A stretch of 64,000 nucleotides of DNA from Camelus ferus (taxonomy: Eukaryota): contig NC_045697.1 of NCBI RefSeq assembly GCF_009834535.1, positions 100,752,001-100,816,000 on the forward strand, written 5' to 3'. The translations under genes and the position numbers were made by a program. Positions 12,915-24,600 of this stretch are shown one piece after another. Numbering within the stretch: the first letter of the stretch is position 1; each line of letters starts with the position of its first letter. A model generated the notes under the pieces. That model was not told the DNA's origin. It did no database searches and saw only the letters and a program-made list of their open reading frames with translations.

Positions 12915-13361
12915 CCATCGGCCTCCCAAATATTAAAGATCTCAGCCCTAAAAACCCTAAAAGAACAAAGAAAAGAATTAAGAAAAACTCAAATACAAAT
13001 GAGAGTTCCCACCTGTCTAATTAGAGAACTCTCAAGGCGAGATCAAGGGGCCTCGGTCGTCACTGGGAATTTATCCTAGGCCTGCTGATCAGATGCAACG
13101 CTTCAGAAGAAGCAGAACCATCTTTTCTTCCTCCAAGGAGTTAGTTCAGGCGACTGCAGTCCGCTGACGGGAGGAAAGGGAAGGGATGAAAGGATCCCCA
13201 GGGCAAAAGGGCCCTGGCAGCTGCTGGGCTCCGTTCTCCGTTGTCCCTCCCGATGGCCCGGAGTGGCAATCATTTGAGCCTTGTTGGCCTGGTAGCGGGG
13301 TAAACCTGAAGCCCCTCTTAGAAGAGAGGGTGTTTCATGCCTCGCGTGGGCGCCATGAGTT
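12915..13361 (-). mobile_element. ERV 5' internal leader (PBS and packaging region), truncated before any recognisable gag
   Basis: GC/CpG-enriched tract directly 3' (minus strand) of the LTR and PBS; left boundary approximate. Confidence 0.65.
13339..13355 (-). promoter_or_regulatory. Retroviral primer-binding site, tRNA-Lys(CTT)-like
   Basis: Minus strand TGGCGCCCACGCGAGGC versus the tRNA-Lys1,2 PBS TGGCGCCCAACGTGGGGC, 6 nt after the LTR end ...ggcaaca. Confidence 0.75.
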
Positions 13362-13946
13362 TGTTGCCGAAAGATCTGCCCCCGTCCCTGACGAGCCAAA
13401 TAACCCAGAGATAAGGTCCTGAAGCTTAGAAGAAAAGAGGCAATTTTATTGCTTTGCCAGGCAAAGGGGACTCAAAGCAGACTGGTGCCTTCACAACTGT
13501 AAGTGCACCTTGGGGACGGGGAGGGGTGGTTATATAGCCATAGCTCAAATAATGAGGCATCGATAACAATCAACAGAATCATTTTTTCATCAGAAGACAG
13601 AATGGTGTCGTGATGCCTCTAGGAAATCAATTCTCTAGAGGCCAGTGGTTGGATCTCTTTATCTCGTAAGCACTCAAGGTGTAGTCTTCATGGTAATTCA
13701 GGCTATTTTGTAAGGTTACAGTCCTGTGACCTTCTCCTTAGAGAAGGACTCAGAGACCAAGCCTGATTATTACTTTCAATGACTGGAATAAAGTAGAAAG
13801 AGTAAGATCAATAGCTTTAGTTTTAACAGTGGGCCTGAAACTGTGAGTAGCAACCGCTCAGTCAGGTCAGTTGACCGTTTTAAGGGCAAGCATAAGAACG
13901 AGCAATCTGTTAGCCTAAGTGTGGCCATTTTATTAATCTTCCTTCA
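13362..13946 (-). mobile_element. ERV 5' LTR (~585 bp)
   Basis: Minus strand TGAAGG...CAACA termini; TATA (ctatataa, 13530-13537) upstream of AATAAA (13445-13450); followed by a PBS. Confidence 0.85.
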
Positions 13947-13949
13947 ATT

Positions 13950-14750
13950 ATCCAATGATAAAAATTTTCATGAAGTAAGCTCTTACAATTTAAAACATGT
14001 ATGCACCAAGTTTTAAAAAGCCTAGAATATAGTTAAGGGATAAGTTGATAAATCCACCATCATAGATTTCAACATGTTGCTCTCAATTGATAGATAAACC
14101 ACAAAACTAATCAGGAAGTATACAGATCTGAACAATGTACTTAACAAATTTAAACCTAGTGTACATATGTACATTTTGCAGCCAGCAATTAAAGAATACA
14201 TATACTTCTTAAGTGTATATAGAAGGTTTATTATGACATTTTATCATAAAGGAAATGAACACAATACATTTCAAAGATACCACATATATTACACAGATCA
14301 TGAGCTCTAATGACAATCTAATTAAGTTAGAAGTTATTTTTTAAAAGGTGAAAGAAAAAAGGTCCCATGTATTTGAATTTTTTTCAAAAAAAGCACTACA
14401 CAATTCATGTTGTATAAATTAAAATTTAAAAGAAATACATAATTCCTAGGATAGTATGACAATAGAAGATAATGAAAAGCTTATAAAGCTAAACCTATGA
14501 GTTGTGGTCAAAGGAATACTTTGAGAGGGATTTACAGTCTTAAGTATTTGTATTAGAAAAGAAGATTGTTTAAAATCAATTGTGCTAAGATTTATTTTTA
14601 AAATTTAGAAGGTGGATACTAGAGTCAACCAAAGAAAATTTTTTAAAAAGATGATAAAAATAAGAGTTGTGATTAATGAAAACAAAGGTACTATTTTAAC
14701 TAGAATGTGATTATAAAGAAAACACGTCAAATAGAAAGAAACAATGGCTA
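13950..14750 (+). mobile_element. Degenerate L1M ORF2 (endonuclease-region) fragment
   Basis: aacatgtatgcacc...gataaatccaccatcatagatttcaac...gagagggatttacagtcttaagtatttgtattagaaaagaag resemble L1 ORF2; A-rich sequence at ~12700-12915 may be its upstream part. Confidence 0.7.
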
Positions 14751-15416
14751 AAGAGACGGAAAGAGCGTTTCCCTCAACCTTTCTCTTGTTCAGGAAAGTT
14801 GACTTCACTTCTCCCTTCCTCTCAATGTTAGCTCTGCCTTCTGCTCCCAGGGTCTGCTGTCACACCACCCTGTGACAAAGAGTGAAACCATGGGAGGTCA
14901 GAGGAAGCCACTCACAGAGCAGCCACAGAACCCCTGTGGGAATCACTCCTGTGAGGGTTTAATTTGCCTATGCACTGCCTCGTTTTTGCAGAGAAAAATG
15001 AAGTTTGGAGAAATCAGAAGCTATTAAACACAGATGCTCAAAAGGCATGCTGGTGCTGAGACTCTAGCAGAGGAGGTCGTGGTGCGCACTGTCTTCCTTC
15101 AGGCTTTGCCAGCAATCTACTCTCATCCCATCAGTGAGCAAGATTCTTAAACTCCTCAAAGAGCAGGCTTTCTTTTGTGGGAAATGAACAAAGATTTTAG
15201 CTTAGATTTCCATCTCTTTAATTTGCGTTAAATCTAAAACCTGGCAGACTTCCTTATTTTCCACCCAATTAATGTATTGCTTGGTTCAGGAGCTTTGACT
15301 TCACCCCAACACCCTGATTGTGATGATGTGAACGTTGGCTCCTATCATTGTTCAAAAGTGTCCTGTTCTGTGCTGGATCCAAACGTCAGAAACAGTCTCA
15401 CAGCATTGGGGGGAAA

Positions 15417-15505
15417 TGTGTGTATGTGTGTGTGTGTGTGTGTGTGTACACAAATGTATATATGTATATATTTAGGTACTTGTATATATATAAGGATATA
15501 TACAT
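15417..15505. repeat. (TG)n microsatellite with TA-rich tail
   Basis: Direct reading: tgtgtgtatgtgtgtgtgtgtgtgtgtgtgtac followed by degenerate TA repeats. Confidence 0.95.
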
Positions 15506-15559
15506 AAAATGGTGTGCTCTGACCCAGGAAGAGTGGTGACTGGAGCACCAGGAGTTAAT

Positions 15560-15851
15560 TGTGGACTTCCATTCTATGAGTGAGCCCACTCTAGTCTGCT
15601 GGAGGATGAGAGATCGTGTGGACCAGCCCAGTTAGCCAGGTGTCTCAGCCCTGGCCCCAGACGTACAGAGCCTAGTCCAGATCATCAAGGTGCTAGCATC
15701 CTGCAGCTAACTGGAAACAAATAAATGAGTCCAGCTGAGAGCAGCGGGAGCACCCAACTGACCCAAGAACTCATGAGGAGTAATAGGTGGGGATTGTTGT
15801 AAGGTTCTAAGTTTGGGGGTAATTGTCTGTGTAACAATTACATCTTATACA
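15560..15851 (+). mobile_element. MLT1 (MaLR) LTR, 3' portion
   Basis: ggaggatgagaga...cccaactgacccaagaactcatgag...ctaagtttgggggtaattgt...cttataca. Confidence 0.7.
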
Positions 15852-16014
15852 TCCACTAGATGCCAAATACTAGGAAACATTAGAGATGCAAAGATAAATA
15901 AAGTATAATACTAACTCTCAACAACAGAAAATGTGGTTTCACAAGGGGAAAAGACAGCTAAATACAATTACAAAACACAATTGTGCAAGGCTGAAAATAC
16001 GGTCTTTGTAAGCT

Positions 16015-16170
16015 TCATTTGTTCAAAAAACAATTTTGAATTATCTATTGATGTACTGGGCACTTGAGACATATCTGTAAGCAAATTAGACAAAGATTCC
16101 TTCCCCAAAGACAATATTAAACAATAAATGTTATAAATAAATATATTCATAGGATGTTAGAAAGTGGTAA
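16015..16170 (-). mobile_element. L2 3' fragment
   Basis: ttcatttgttcaaaaaacaattttgaattatctattgatgtactgggcact pattern. Confidence 0.5.
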
Positions 16171-16287
16171 GGTTTTGATTTGCATTTTCCTGATGGGTAG
16201 TGATGTTGAGCATTTTTTCATATACTTCACTATTTGTTTATCGTTTGGGGAGAAATATCTATTCAGATCCTTTGCCCAACTTTTTAA
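16171..16287 (-). mobile_element. L1 ORF2 3' fragment
   Basis: ggttttgatttgcattttcctgatgggtagtgatgttgagcattttttcatatac...tctattcagatcctttgccca. Confidence 0.85.
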
Positions 16288-16784
16288 AGTCCCAGTCTCT
16301 TAAACACTTCATTTGTTAGTGCCTGGATTCCTGCTAGGATCCCATCTGATAACGTATCACAGGACCATCTAGACTTACAGAACATGCCCTACTTCAAAGT
16401 ACATAAATTTAGTGGAAGATTTAGGGCAAGCCACTTGAGTTACTTGCACAAACAAAAAGAAGAAAATCATTTCCATACCCCTACACTGACCTCACCAATT
16501 TCCTTTGAATTGAGGCTATGTGTCAACATGGTCTCTTATCTATTTTCCACTTGAATCATTCATTGCTAAACCATCCTGAAAACACAAGACTCAATACCTC
16601 TCAGTTTATGTTTCAGGAAGTGGAATTCTAGGATTCCAATTTTGTCAGTGCAGACTTTCCCAGCAAGCTTTAAAAACCCCTGACAGTTCAAACATCTGAA
16701 TAAAGCTATAGATGAGATTGAACATGGCATCTTCTGGTCAAAATAATTCAGACTTTGGTAAGACCAGCAGCTCCCAATAAAATT

Positions 16785-16985
16785 GAAGTTCAGAGCCACA
16801 CAGAACTGGGTTTGAATATTTACTCTGTTGTTTTTTGGCTACATGACTTTGGACACGTTACTTGACCCACTTCAGCCTCAGTTTCCTCATCTGCAAAATT
16901 AGGATAGTAGTGTTACTCTACATAAAATGGTTGTGATATGTAAGTAAAATAATGCAAACAAAACACTTGGAAAGAATGATGTTAA
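16785..16985 (+). mobile_element. MIR SINE
   Basis: ctgggtttgaat...tgactttggacacgttacttgacc...gcctcagtttcctcatctgcaaaat core. Confidence 0.85.
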
Positions 16986-18134
16986 GCAACTTCTTCCCCA
17001 TTGTTCTTGCACCACTGTTTCATATTAGTCTGGTTCTGAAAAACCTCTCTCTCCTTCAAAACGCTAAGTTCATGCCACCAGAATTTATGCAGTTATGTTA
17101 CAAAAGACACATTTTACCTATGGGATAGATGAATGCATTTAGTTATATGCTTTATTATAAGAAATTATAAGATACATTGAGAAATTCATTCCTTTTTCTT
17201 TTAACAACAGTAAATAAGGCAAAGTGTTAGGCGTCATAGAGCTTGCATTCTAGTTGTGAAGACAGGCAATCTATCTATTTATAAAATTGTGCTTAGGGGG
17301 TCTCTCTACCAACCAAAAACCTTCAGAAATAGCCTTGCCATTTACCTAAGACGTGGATTAGATCATGAGGCTTGGGAAAAGTGGTATTACATCCTCTGTT
17401 TATAATTGCGAGCATGTGAATATTTCGTATTGACAGACTGCCAAGTGAAACAGAGGAGTTCTCTTTTTCATTCATTCCCTGAGCTGGCGAATTATGAATA
17501 TGAAGTAAGGGAACTGCCTTCTGATACTATTTCTGTATCTCAAGGAAGCAAGAGAAAAACCTCTGACCTTTGGGAACACAATGAATTTAAAGAAAACCAG
17601 TCCTCTAAGCATCCACCCTGAAAAGTGCACTCTTACCTACATACCCCAGAGAGGAGCTACACTCTTAACTGAAGTAATCACCATGTCTCCCTCTTGAAAA
17701 TCACAGAACTATTCTTGGACTATGGAAGAGTCCAATTGTGCAAAGAGCTATAGAGGAAGCTACAAAGGCCTTTAGATTGGACCCTGTAAGTAGAGATATT
17801 TTTCCCTGAGTGCAATTGGAACATCAAATAAGCACTTTTTAAGTACATAGGATGCTGGCAGTTGTGGAATCTGCTGCTGCATGCTCCTGTCTTTGAATTA
17901 TTTATAATCACTTTAATAAAGTGAGTCAGTTTGAACTCACGAAGATACTTTATTCTTTCTTGCCAGTCCCTACTAAATTCACTCTGTGCAATAGTCTTTC
18001 CTGCTCCAGATTAAAACTCATGTAAATTCCATAGCTTTCCCAATGACTCCTGAATGATAAAAATCTCTCTCTCTCTCTTTTTCTCTTTTTCTAGGTACTA
18101 AAAGTCTCTTCAGGGTAGTTACCACAACCAACAA

Positions 18135-18399
18135 GTCTTTGCTCAAATGTTATCTTCCTTGAGCATCTTATTTACAATTTCAAGTCTCTCTTCCACCCCA
18201 GCATTCCATATTGTCCTTTGTGCTGTTTGTTTTCTGCCTTCTGATAAATAATTTACTAGTTTTGTTTTCTGTCTTCTTTCACTAGTAAGTTCCTTGAGGG
18301 CAAAGATTTTGTTTTTCCTTTTCTTTTTCTGTGTGTATGTGTGTGCGCACTAAAAAGGTGGTGAGCACATTGAAGACACTCACTTAAGGCATACTTGTC
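18135..18399 (+). mobile_element. L2 3' end
   Basis: gctcaaatgttatcttcc...actagtaagttccttgagggcaaagattttg. Confidence 0.6.
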
Positions 18400-18496
18400 G
18401 GGAGGAGGGTATCGCTCAGTGGTAGAGTGAGTGCTTAGCATGCACAAGGTCCTGGGTTCAATCGCCAGTGCCTAAAAAAAAAAAAAAAAAAAAAAA
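18400..18496 (+). mobile_element. tRNA-Ala(AGC)-derived SINE (Vic-1 type, short form) with A23 tail
   Basis: gggtatcgctcagtggtagagtgagtgcttagcatgcacaaggtcctgggttcaatcgccagtgcct plus poly(A) at 18474-18496; Pol III A and B boxes present. Confidence 0.85.
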
Positions 18497-18879
18497 GCAC
18501 ATTACTGGAAGACAGTGTGAATATCAGAAGTCCTCATTCTTGTCTATTTGAATTAAAGCTTTCTCCTCTCCCAGTGTGGGCTTACTGTAAGCAGGACACA
18601 CTCCCTCACTTCCCCTGACTAACCAGCTGCTTCTTGCGGCTGGAAGAGACAGGATGTGGAGTAAGAGAATACAACATGACTTGTGGTTGTAATTTGTCAT
18701 CAGGGACTATTTCAGAGTGATTGTGACAGATGCATGACTTGCTAATACTTCCCTTTGTGGGGTGATTTTGTGGGTTCTTGGGAGACTCTGCCTAGCTCAG
18801 ACCCTCTCACCTCCTTGACTGAGGTGATGCCTGGACCAGCAGACAGATGGTGACATTACTGAGCTTCTGCAGCCGAATG

Positions 18880-19084
18880 TTTTATTTGCTTTTGCTCCAT
18901 TCAGATCTTCAGCTGATTGGATGAGGCTTACCCACATTGGAAAGGGCAATCCAATGGACTCAGACAACTGATTTAAATGTTAATCTCCTCAAGGACACCC
19001 TTAGCAAAACGTCCAATAATGTTTGACCAGATATTTGGGTACCCCAAGGCCCAGTGAAGTTGATATATAAAATTGACCATCATA
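18880..19084 (-). mobile_element. MLT2 (ERVL) LTR, 5' portion
   Basis: rc begins tatgatggtcaattttatatatcaacttcactgggcc, matching the MLT2 start; gctgattggatgaggcttacccacattgg. Confidence 0.85.
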
Positions 19085-19089
19085 ATGCT

Positions 19090-20100
19090 TTTATATATTT
19101 ATTTTCTATTTACTAGAGTAGATTCTCTGAATTTTTGTGATTCCCACTAAAGATCTTGACTGATATAAGTACCAGTTTTATTTTAATTTTTCTACTTTCA
19201 TCTTAATAATACAAGTATATTGCTATGTATTTTTCTCTAAAAAGAGCTTTGGATATGTCCAATAGATTTTTTTTTATTGTAAATCGATTTTTGTAATACC
19301 ATTCCTCCTTTACAGTTTTTTTGATAATTTGTCTTTTTTAGGCTTAAATGCTTCTTTGATTCAACCACTACCTCAAAGTTAATTTTCTAATTTTAATGTA
19401 CTAAAAGTTTCCCCCTAAAGTTTATATCCTCAGGATTAGAGAATTGGTCTGTAAGATTCATACTTTTTAAAATTTAAAATATTGTTTCTCAGTTGGTACA
19501 CAGAATTTTTAGAAGTTCAGTGAACATACACAAAATATTTTTAGTCAAGCTATTTAAAGTTCTATCTATCTCTAGCAAATTTGAGAGTTATTACTTATTT
19601 CTTATTTATAAAATCTGTTCTAATTTTAAATAAATGTTTTGAAATCTTCTATTATTTTTAGTAAGTCCCCTTTGCTTTTTTAATAATTTCAATTTTATAT
19701 TTGTGTAGGATTAATTCAGATTTATGCTTTTTTGTTGTTGTTGTTCAGAAAATTTGCTTTTCATAGTTACTTAATTTCCCTCTCTGTTTTGGTAAGTAAA
19801 TATAACCTTAAACTGTTCCATGTATGACATAAATATAGTCACTCCTGTTTCTTTTGTGGTTGCAACTATATTTGAATAATATCTCTTTTACCATCTCTAA
19901 TTTAAACTCAGACTTAATACTTTGTCCTCTATAAACGGCATAATATTTTTTCAAAATGTAAATATTACAGTCTGCCCTATTAAAAGGAAATACTTGCTTT
20001 AACTAATTTACTTGATTTTATTCCTTTCGTTTTACTTGTATGTATCATTTATTTTACTTTATTAATTTCGTTTTCCTTTATTTCCAATAGTTCCATCAAT
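19090..20100 (-). mobile_element. Highly degenerate old L1 (L1ME-like) fragment
   Basis: Strongly T-rich tract with L1-like motifs (gattagagaattggtctgtaagattc; aatatagtcactcctgtttctttt). Confidence 0.4.
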
Positions 20101-20699
20101 TTACTTCTTTCTTTTGTCCTCATATATGTGAGAATTATGCTGCACTTTTCCATGCCATCAAAGTTTGTGTTTTTTCTGATATTCATACAAATTTCTCAAG
20201 TAACACATAAAAAGGCAAAACTAGTAATTTCACACAGGGTACTTTAACTTTCCCATTTTCCTTCCTCCTCCATCTCCTCACCCTCCTTTTTTCCTTCCCT
20301 ACACACCCCAAAGCTTTGCTGAGTCAGCTTTGTACTTTGAAGTTCAGTCCGTTTTTAAAATTCTTTTGCAGTTTCTCACGTCTATTTTAAAACTACCTAC
20401 TCAAACCATTTATATTTTGAATTTTGTTTTGATGATATTTAAACAAAAATACTTTATTGAATTTTCACAAAGGCAAAGGCCAGAGAAGTCAGTAAAGAGC
20501 TATGTCAAAAGCCTGGGATTCCTGCAGAATTCACAGAATCTGTGTAGACCAGAACATGAAGCTGAGACAGGTGCAGAGGGACAGCAGGGTGAGTTACAAC
20601 AGCTGTCTCTAAGCTTACACTTCTTGTACGTTTCAACCCTGCTTCTCGAGGGGAAATGGGTGGAGTCTCTGATGGATCCTGGCCATGGGATATAAAGGC

Positions 20700-20860
20700 A
20701 GGAGCATGGATCTATAGCCATGTAGATTTGCACTCAGATTACTCCTATCACTTCTTATCGGGGGCTATCAGGCAATTACCAGCCTCCAGAGCTTCAGTTT
20801 CCTATTTGTGAAAAGGAAATAACAATAACCACCCCTCAGGATAGCTATGAAAACCTAGAA
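20700..20860 (+). mobile_element. MIR fragment
   Basis: gagcttcagtttcctatttgtgaaaaggaaataacaataacc core. Confidence 0.65.
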
Positions 20861-21814
20861 GACCACAGACCTCCGAGGTGGGTATAATTAAGCACTCCAG
20901 TGACATTTGGGTCTCTGTCTTTCCCCTCCCCAGAACTGTGTGCTGATTTGCCTTGAGACAGTCAAACTGATTTGAAATACAAACCTCACATCCCTCGTGC
21001 TGGGAAGAGGAGCAACTGAAAAATAACGTCTCTCCCCTCCAGCCAGGCGCGTCTGTTTCCATTTTTGTGTGCACTTTCCATCTTCGTCCACACACACATC
21101 CCGAGTTGGAAGTACCTTGAACTGGCAGGTTTGTGTCTTGCAAAAAACTTCTTTTAGCTTTGATACGCAGGTAGTTTTTGGCTTACCTCTCTCTTCCTAG
21201 TAAGAGATGTTTCTAAATCACTAAAGTTTTAGATTTGAACCCAACTACAAAGTAAAACAAAACTCAAGATAGCTGAGGGGAAAAATTAAATTTTGATTAA
21301 TTCTGTATCTTAGAGTGTCTCTAGGCAATGCTAACCTCCTTACAAAATGGTTTATTGCCTAATACGGCAGCTTGGGAATTACATAAGGTTTCAGCTCAAA
21401 AGGACTTTTATAGGGCAACAGGCCTGCACTCCGCCTGCAAGCACAGGCTTCCAACATTGTGACTACCTAAGCCTCTCTAATGTTTTTTCTCCTCTTGGAC
21501 CTTGGGTTTTGATTTTTTTTTCTGGACATGTATTATATAAAAGCTCATTTCGCAGATGTAATGCATCAAGGAGGCTTTGCTTAACTTCACCTAACAGGTT
21601 ATCAGTGGAAACACTCTCTTTTTCTCCAACCGGAGGAAAGAAGTACTACATTTCAGCTAACCTTATAGCACTTGCATTGTAGATAAATACAAATCCTTTT
21701 TTTTTTTTTTTTAAAGCTTTGCAGCACACAGTCTTGTGTTAGAGTCACCTCCTCCAGCTGTTAGCTGTGTGACCTGGTCCTGGGTATGAAATTCAGATAA
21801 CACCATATAAGGAT

Positions 21815-21970
21815 ACAGTCATCCTCAAGGCAGATAATCATTATCAGCATCACATGAAACTTTTTAAAAGTGCACATTTTCAGACTCCACCGCAGACCTA
21901 TGGAGTTAGAAACCCCCAAGTCTGTGTTTTCAAAAGCCCTCCAGGTGATTGTGGTGTATGAGAAAGTTTG
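21815..21970. mobile_element. MER5A-like hAT-Charlie MITE, apparently inside a MIR (pieces at ~21740-21810 and ~22000-22090)
   Basis: cagcatcacatgaaactttttaaaagtgcacattttcagactccaccgcagaccta...gtctgtgttttcaaaagccctccaggtgatt. Confidence 0.75.
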
Positions 21971-22689
21971 ATTAGATTAGAGACAAGCAATCACATTTCT
22001 AAGATTTATTACAAAATAAATGAAAATTAAGCATAAAGCAACATATTGCAAGGCACATAGTAGGTGCTCCAAAGTGTTAGGTAGTAGCCTTGTTATTGAA
22101 AATCAGAGAGACCTTCCATGTCTTCTCTTATACATCCCAGGCTGGACCTTGCTGATGTAAGCCATCAAGACGGAAACTGTTAGCCATTATTTCACAAATT
22201 AGTGTATTAAGTGTCAAGCATACAGGCTATAAGAATCCAGGGATCTTTGTGAGGAAGAGAACAGAGTCTGAGTTAAGAATTCGAGTCACTACCAGAACTG
22301 CGTTCTCAAATTCTAGAATTAAAATTACCTGGCCACTCTGACTAGGAAGCCATCGAAGAAGTCATCAATTTCGGACATCAAAGAATGGTCCTTACCTCTT
22401 AGAAAATTGGTGTTCCTTCTGATAATGTAGAAAATAATTAAAAGACATTTTATGGTATGTTTCTGGGAGCAAATAAATGCTGTCCGCTCTCAGATGGCGC
22501 CATTTCTTATTGAAGGACTGGAGAAGCATTGGCCCATGAGCAGAGATAGCTTCCTGTCACCTCGATGCTGGTGATTTACTCTCAAACAGCTGGCTGAGGA
22601 GTTTGGGTCCTTAACCAGTCTCTTCCAGTCTCTCAAGCCCGATGGTGGTACAGGAATTAGTCTTTTGAACGTCACACTTCCTGACTTAC

Positions 22690-22749
22690 CTAATACTGAT
22701 TGTGGCGTGTTTTTGAGGGTGTAGACCCACCCGTCCCCGTCCTCCAACA
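22690..22749 (-). other. Candidate 60-nt exon (unverified)
   Basis: Minus strand gtgttttctgttggctaactccag|TGTTGG...CAGTATTAG|gtaagt; length divisible by 3, two open frames. Confidence 0.25.
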
Positions 22750-22820
22750 CTGGAGTTAGCCAACAGAAAACACAGACTAATAGACTTCATTTGTTTTTCC
22801 ACCTCTGCTTTTCATTCTTG

Positions 22821-23299
22821 TGTGAACGAAAAATACTGCAAATCATATCAGTAAACAAAGAAGGCTGAAACCATCAAGTCGTCAGCGACTGCCGCCCCCC
22901 CTCCAGTGAAGACAAGCCTGCAGCCCAGCCTTGCAGCTACTCACAATGGTGCTCCCTGAGGGGACTCAGAATAATAAAGGACAGGATACTGGCCCTAGAC
23001 AGCTAGGTGCTTGTCAGAAGAATGAATTCAGTGAGCCCAAATGTGTGCTTCCTCCCATACACAGAAAAGCACTAAATTCTTTAACTTGAGATGCCTGGTT
23101 TTCTTTAGATAACAAGTAATCTTTTATTACTCCAACTACCTGGTCTTTGTTGTAAAGCTCCTCTATATCCTACCTCCTCCCCTACCTCTTCGGAGCAGCC
23201 CCTCAGGGCGATCTAAGAGGCTGCCATCCCGGCTCGAGTCCTCCTGCCAAATAAAACATAACTCTTAACTTTTAGGCTGCACATTTATTTCAGTCGACA
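22821..23299 (+). mobile_element. Solo ERV1 LTR, MER41-like (cetartiodactyl type)
   Basis: TG...CA termini (tgtgaac...ttcagtcgaca); AATAAA at ~23250; TSD cttg/tttg; start catatcagtaaacaaag and end aataaaacataactct...cagtcgaca resemble MER41-family LTRs. Confidence 0.75.
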
Positions 23300-24600
23300 T
23301 TTGTAGTCTTCAAGCTGGATATTTCCCTTTACAAAAGCATAGAGAAAAATCAACGGATGGACAAACCGTTGTTCTATTCGTGAAGGTTTTCAAGTCCTCT
23401 TAAGAAAATAGTACTTTCGTTCTACCAACCCTTCTTCTTCCAACTACCCCCTCCACCCCCTTTCCTCATATTCTCTGTCTCTGAGCGCCCCTGCTACAGG
23501 TTTAGAGGTTTCACAGTAAAGGAAGAAATTATACCCTTTCTGCCATTTAGGCATTCCCTCAATCTGGAGAAGCACAAGCATGAGACTTTCTTCATCACAA
23601 ACCTGGGTGAGGAGGCAGCTTATATATCAAATAACGGGGGGGGGGGGATGTCGCAGAAGCTTGCTTTATTGGTAATTCAGATTTTGGCCATCTTTTCTTG
23701 TGGAAGAACACCTAGGGAAGAGAAAACATCATTGGTAATAAAGCCTGCTGTTTACAAAGAATCCTGCAGGGACCTCCCTGGGGGCCTTTCAGGAGTGAGT
23801 GATTTCTCAACTTTCTTACTTGTTTGAAGAGCAATCACTGGAGTCAGTTCCTACAAAAGGACCTTTAAAGATCAAAATGGCAGGTCCTTTCAGTATCCTG
23901 CTCCCATTTTGTCTGCCACTGGCCTTTATCTCACCAAAAATCTGACACTGATACACACACACCCACCGCCTGAGGCATCGCCTGCAGCTTCAGGGGTAAA
24001 AACTTGGTGGAGTTCCATTCTGATCTTAGCAAATTGTCTCTTGTGGAAACTAAACTATTCTGGGCTCCACTGCTTGTCAGGAAAGCTTAGTCTCCCTCTA
24101 CTTAACAGCTTCCCTGAACCAACTGGATCTGACAGGTTTCACATAAAAGACAAGGACCAAACCCAGTCAGTGGACTCGACTGAAGCAAAGGAGGAACTGA
24201 GCAACTGCTGGGTTCAATTGTCTCCTTTCTGATACCACTTTTGTTATTCAGATGTGTCATTACTTATTGCCAAAGTATTTCAAGCGGACCTGGAGACCTG
24301 GAGATTAACCTCATCAGGGAAAAGGCTAAGAATTTGGTAAAACAATTAATTTAGAACTCAGTATTTCTCAAAAACTGTATTTTTCCAACGTTCATTCTTA
24401 CTTCCCTTCCTTAGACCTCCATCATCTATTATTTGCCTGGCTTAGTGAAATGGTCTCTTAATCAATCTATGGGACACTTCCAGTGGCTCTCAAACTCAAG
24501 TGGGTACAAAATGTCATTTGAAGAGCAGAGTCCTGGATCTTATCCTCAGAAAGTTCATTCTTAACAGACACCAAGGAAATACTGATATAAGATCTCAAAC

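Noticed and set aside
13050..13400. CpG island or host gene promoter
   Set aside because: Short, and fully explained by the ERV leader and PBS
13103..13422. Overlapping ORFs in the ERV leader as gag
   Set aside because: No myristoylation start, major homology region or CCHC motif; open frames are expected in GC-rich sequence
18400..18473. Functional tRNA-Ala gene
   Set aside because: Extra 5' G-rich leader, mismatched acceptor and D/T stems, and a poly(A) tail instead of an oligo-T terminator indicate a SINE
23636..23647. G12 run as a G-quadruplex element
   Set aside because: A simple homopolymer with no supporting context, and its length is prone to sequencing error
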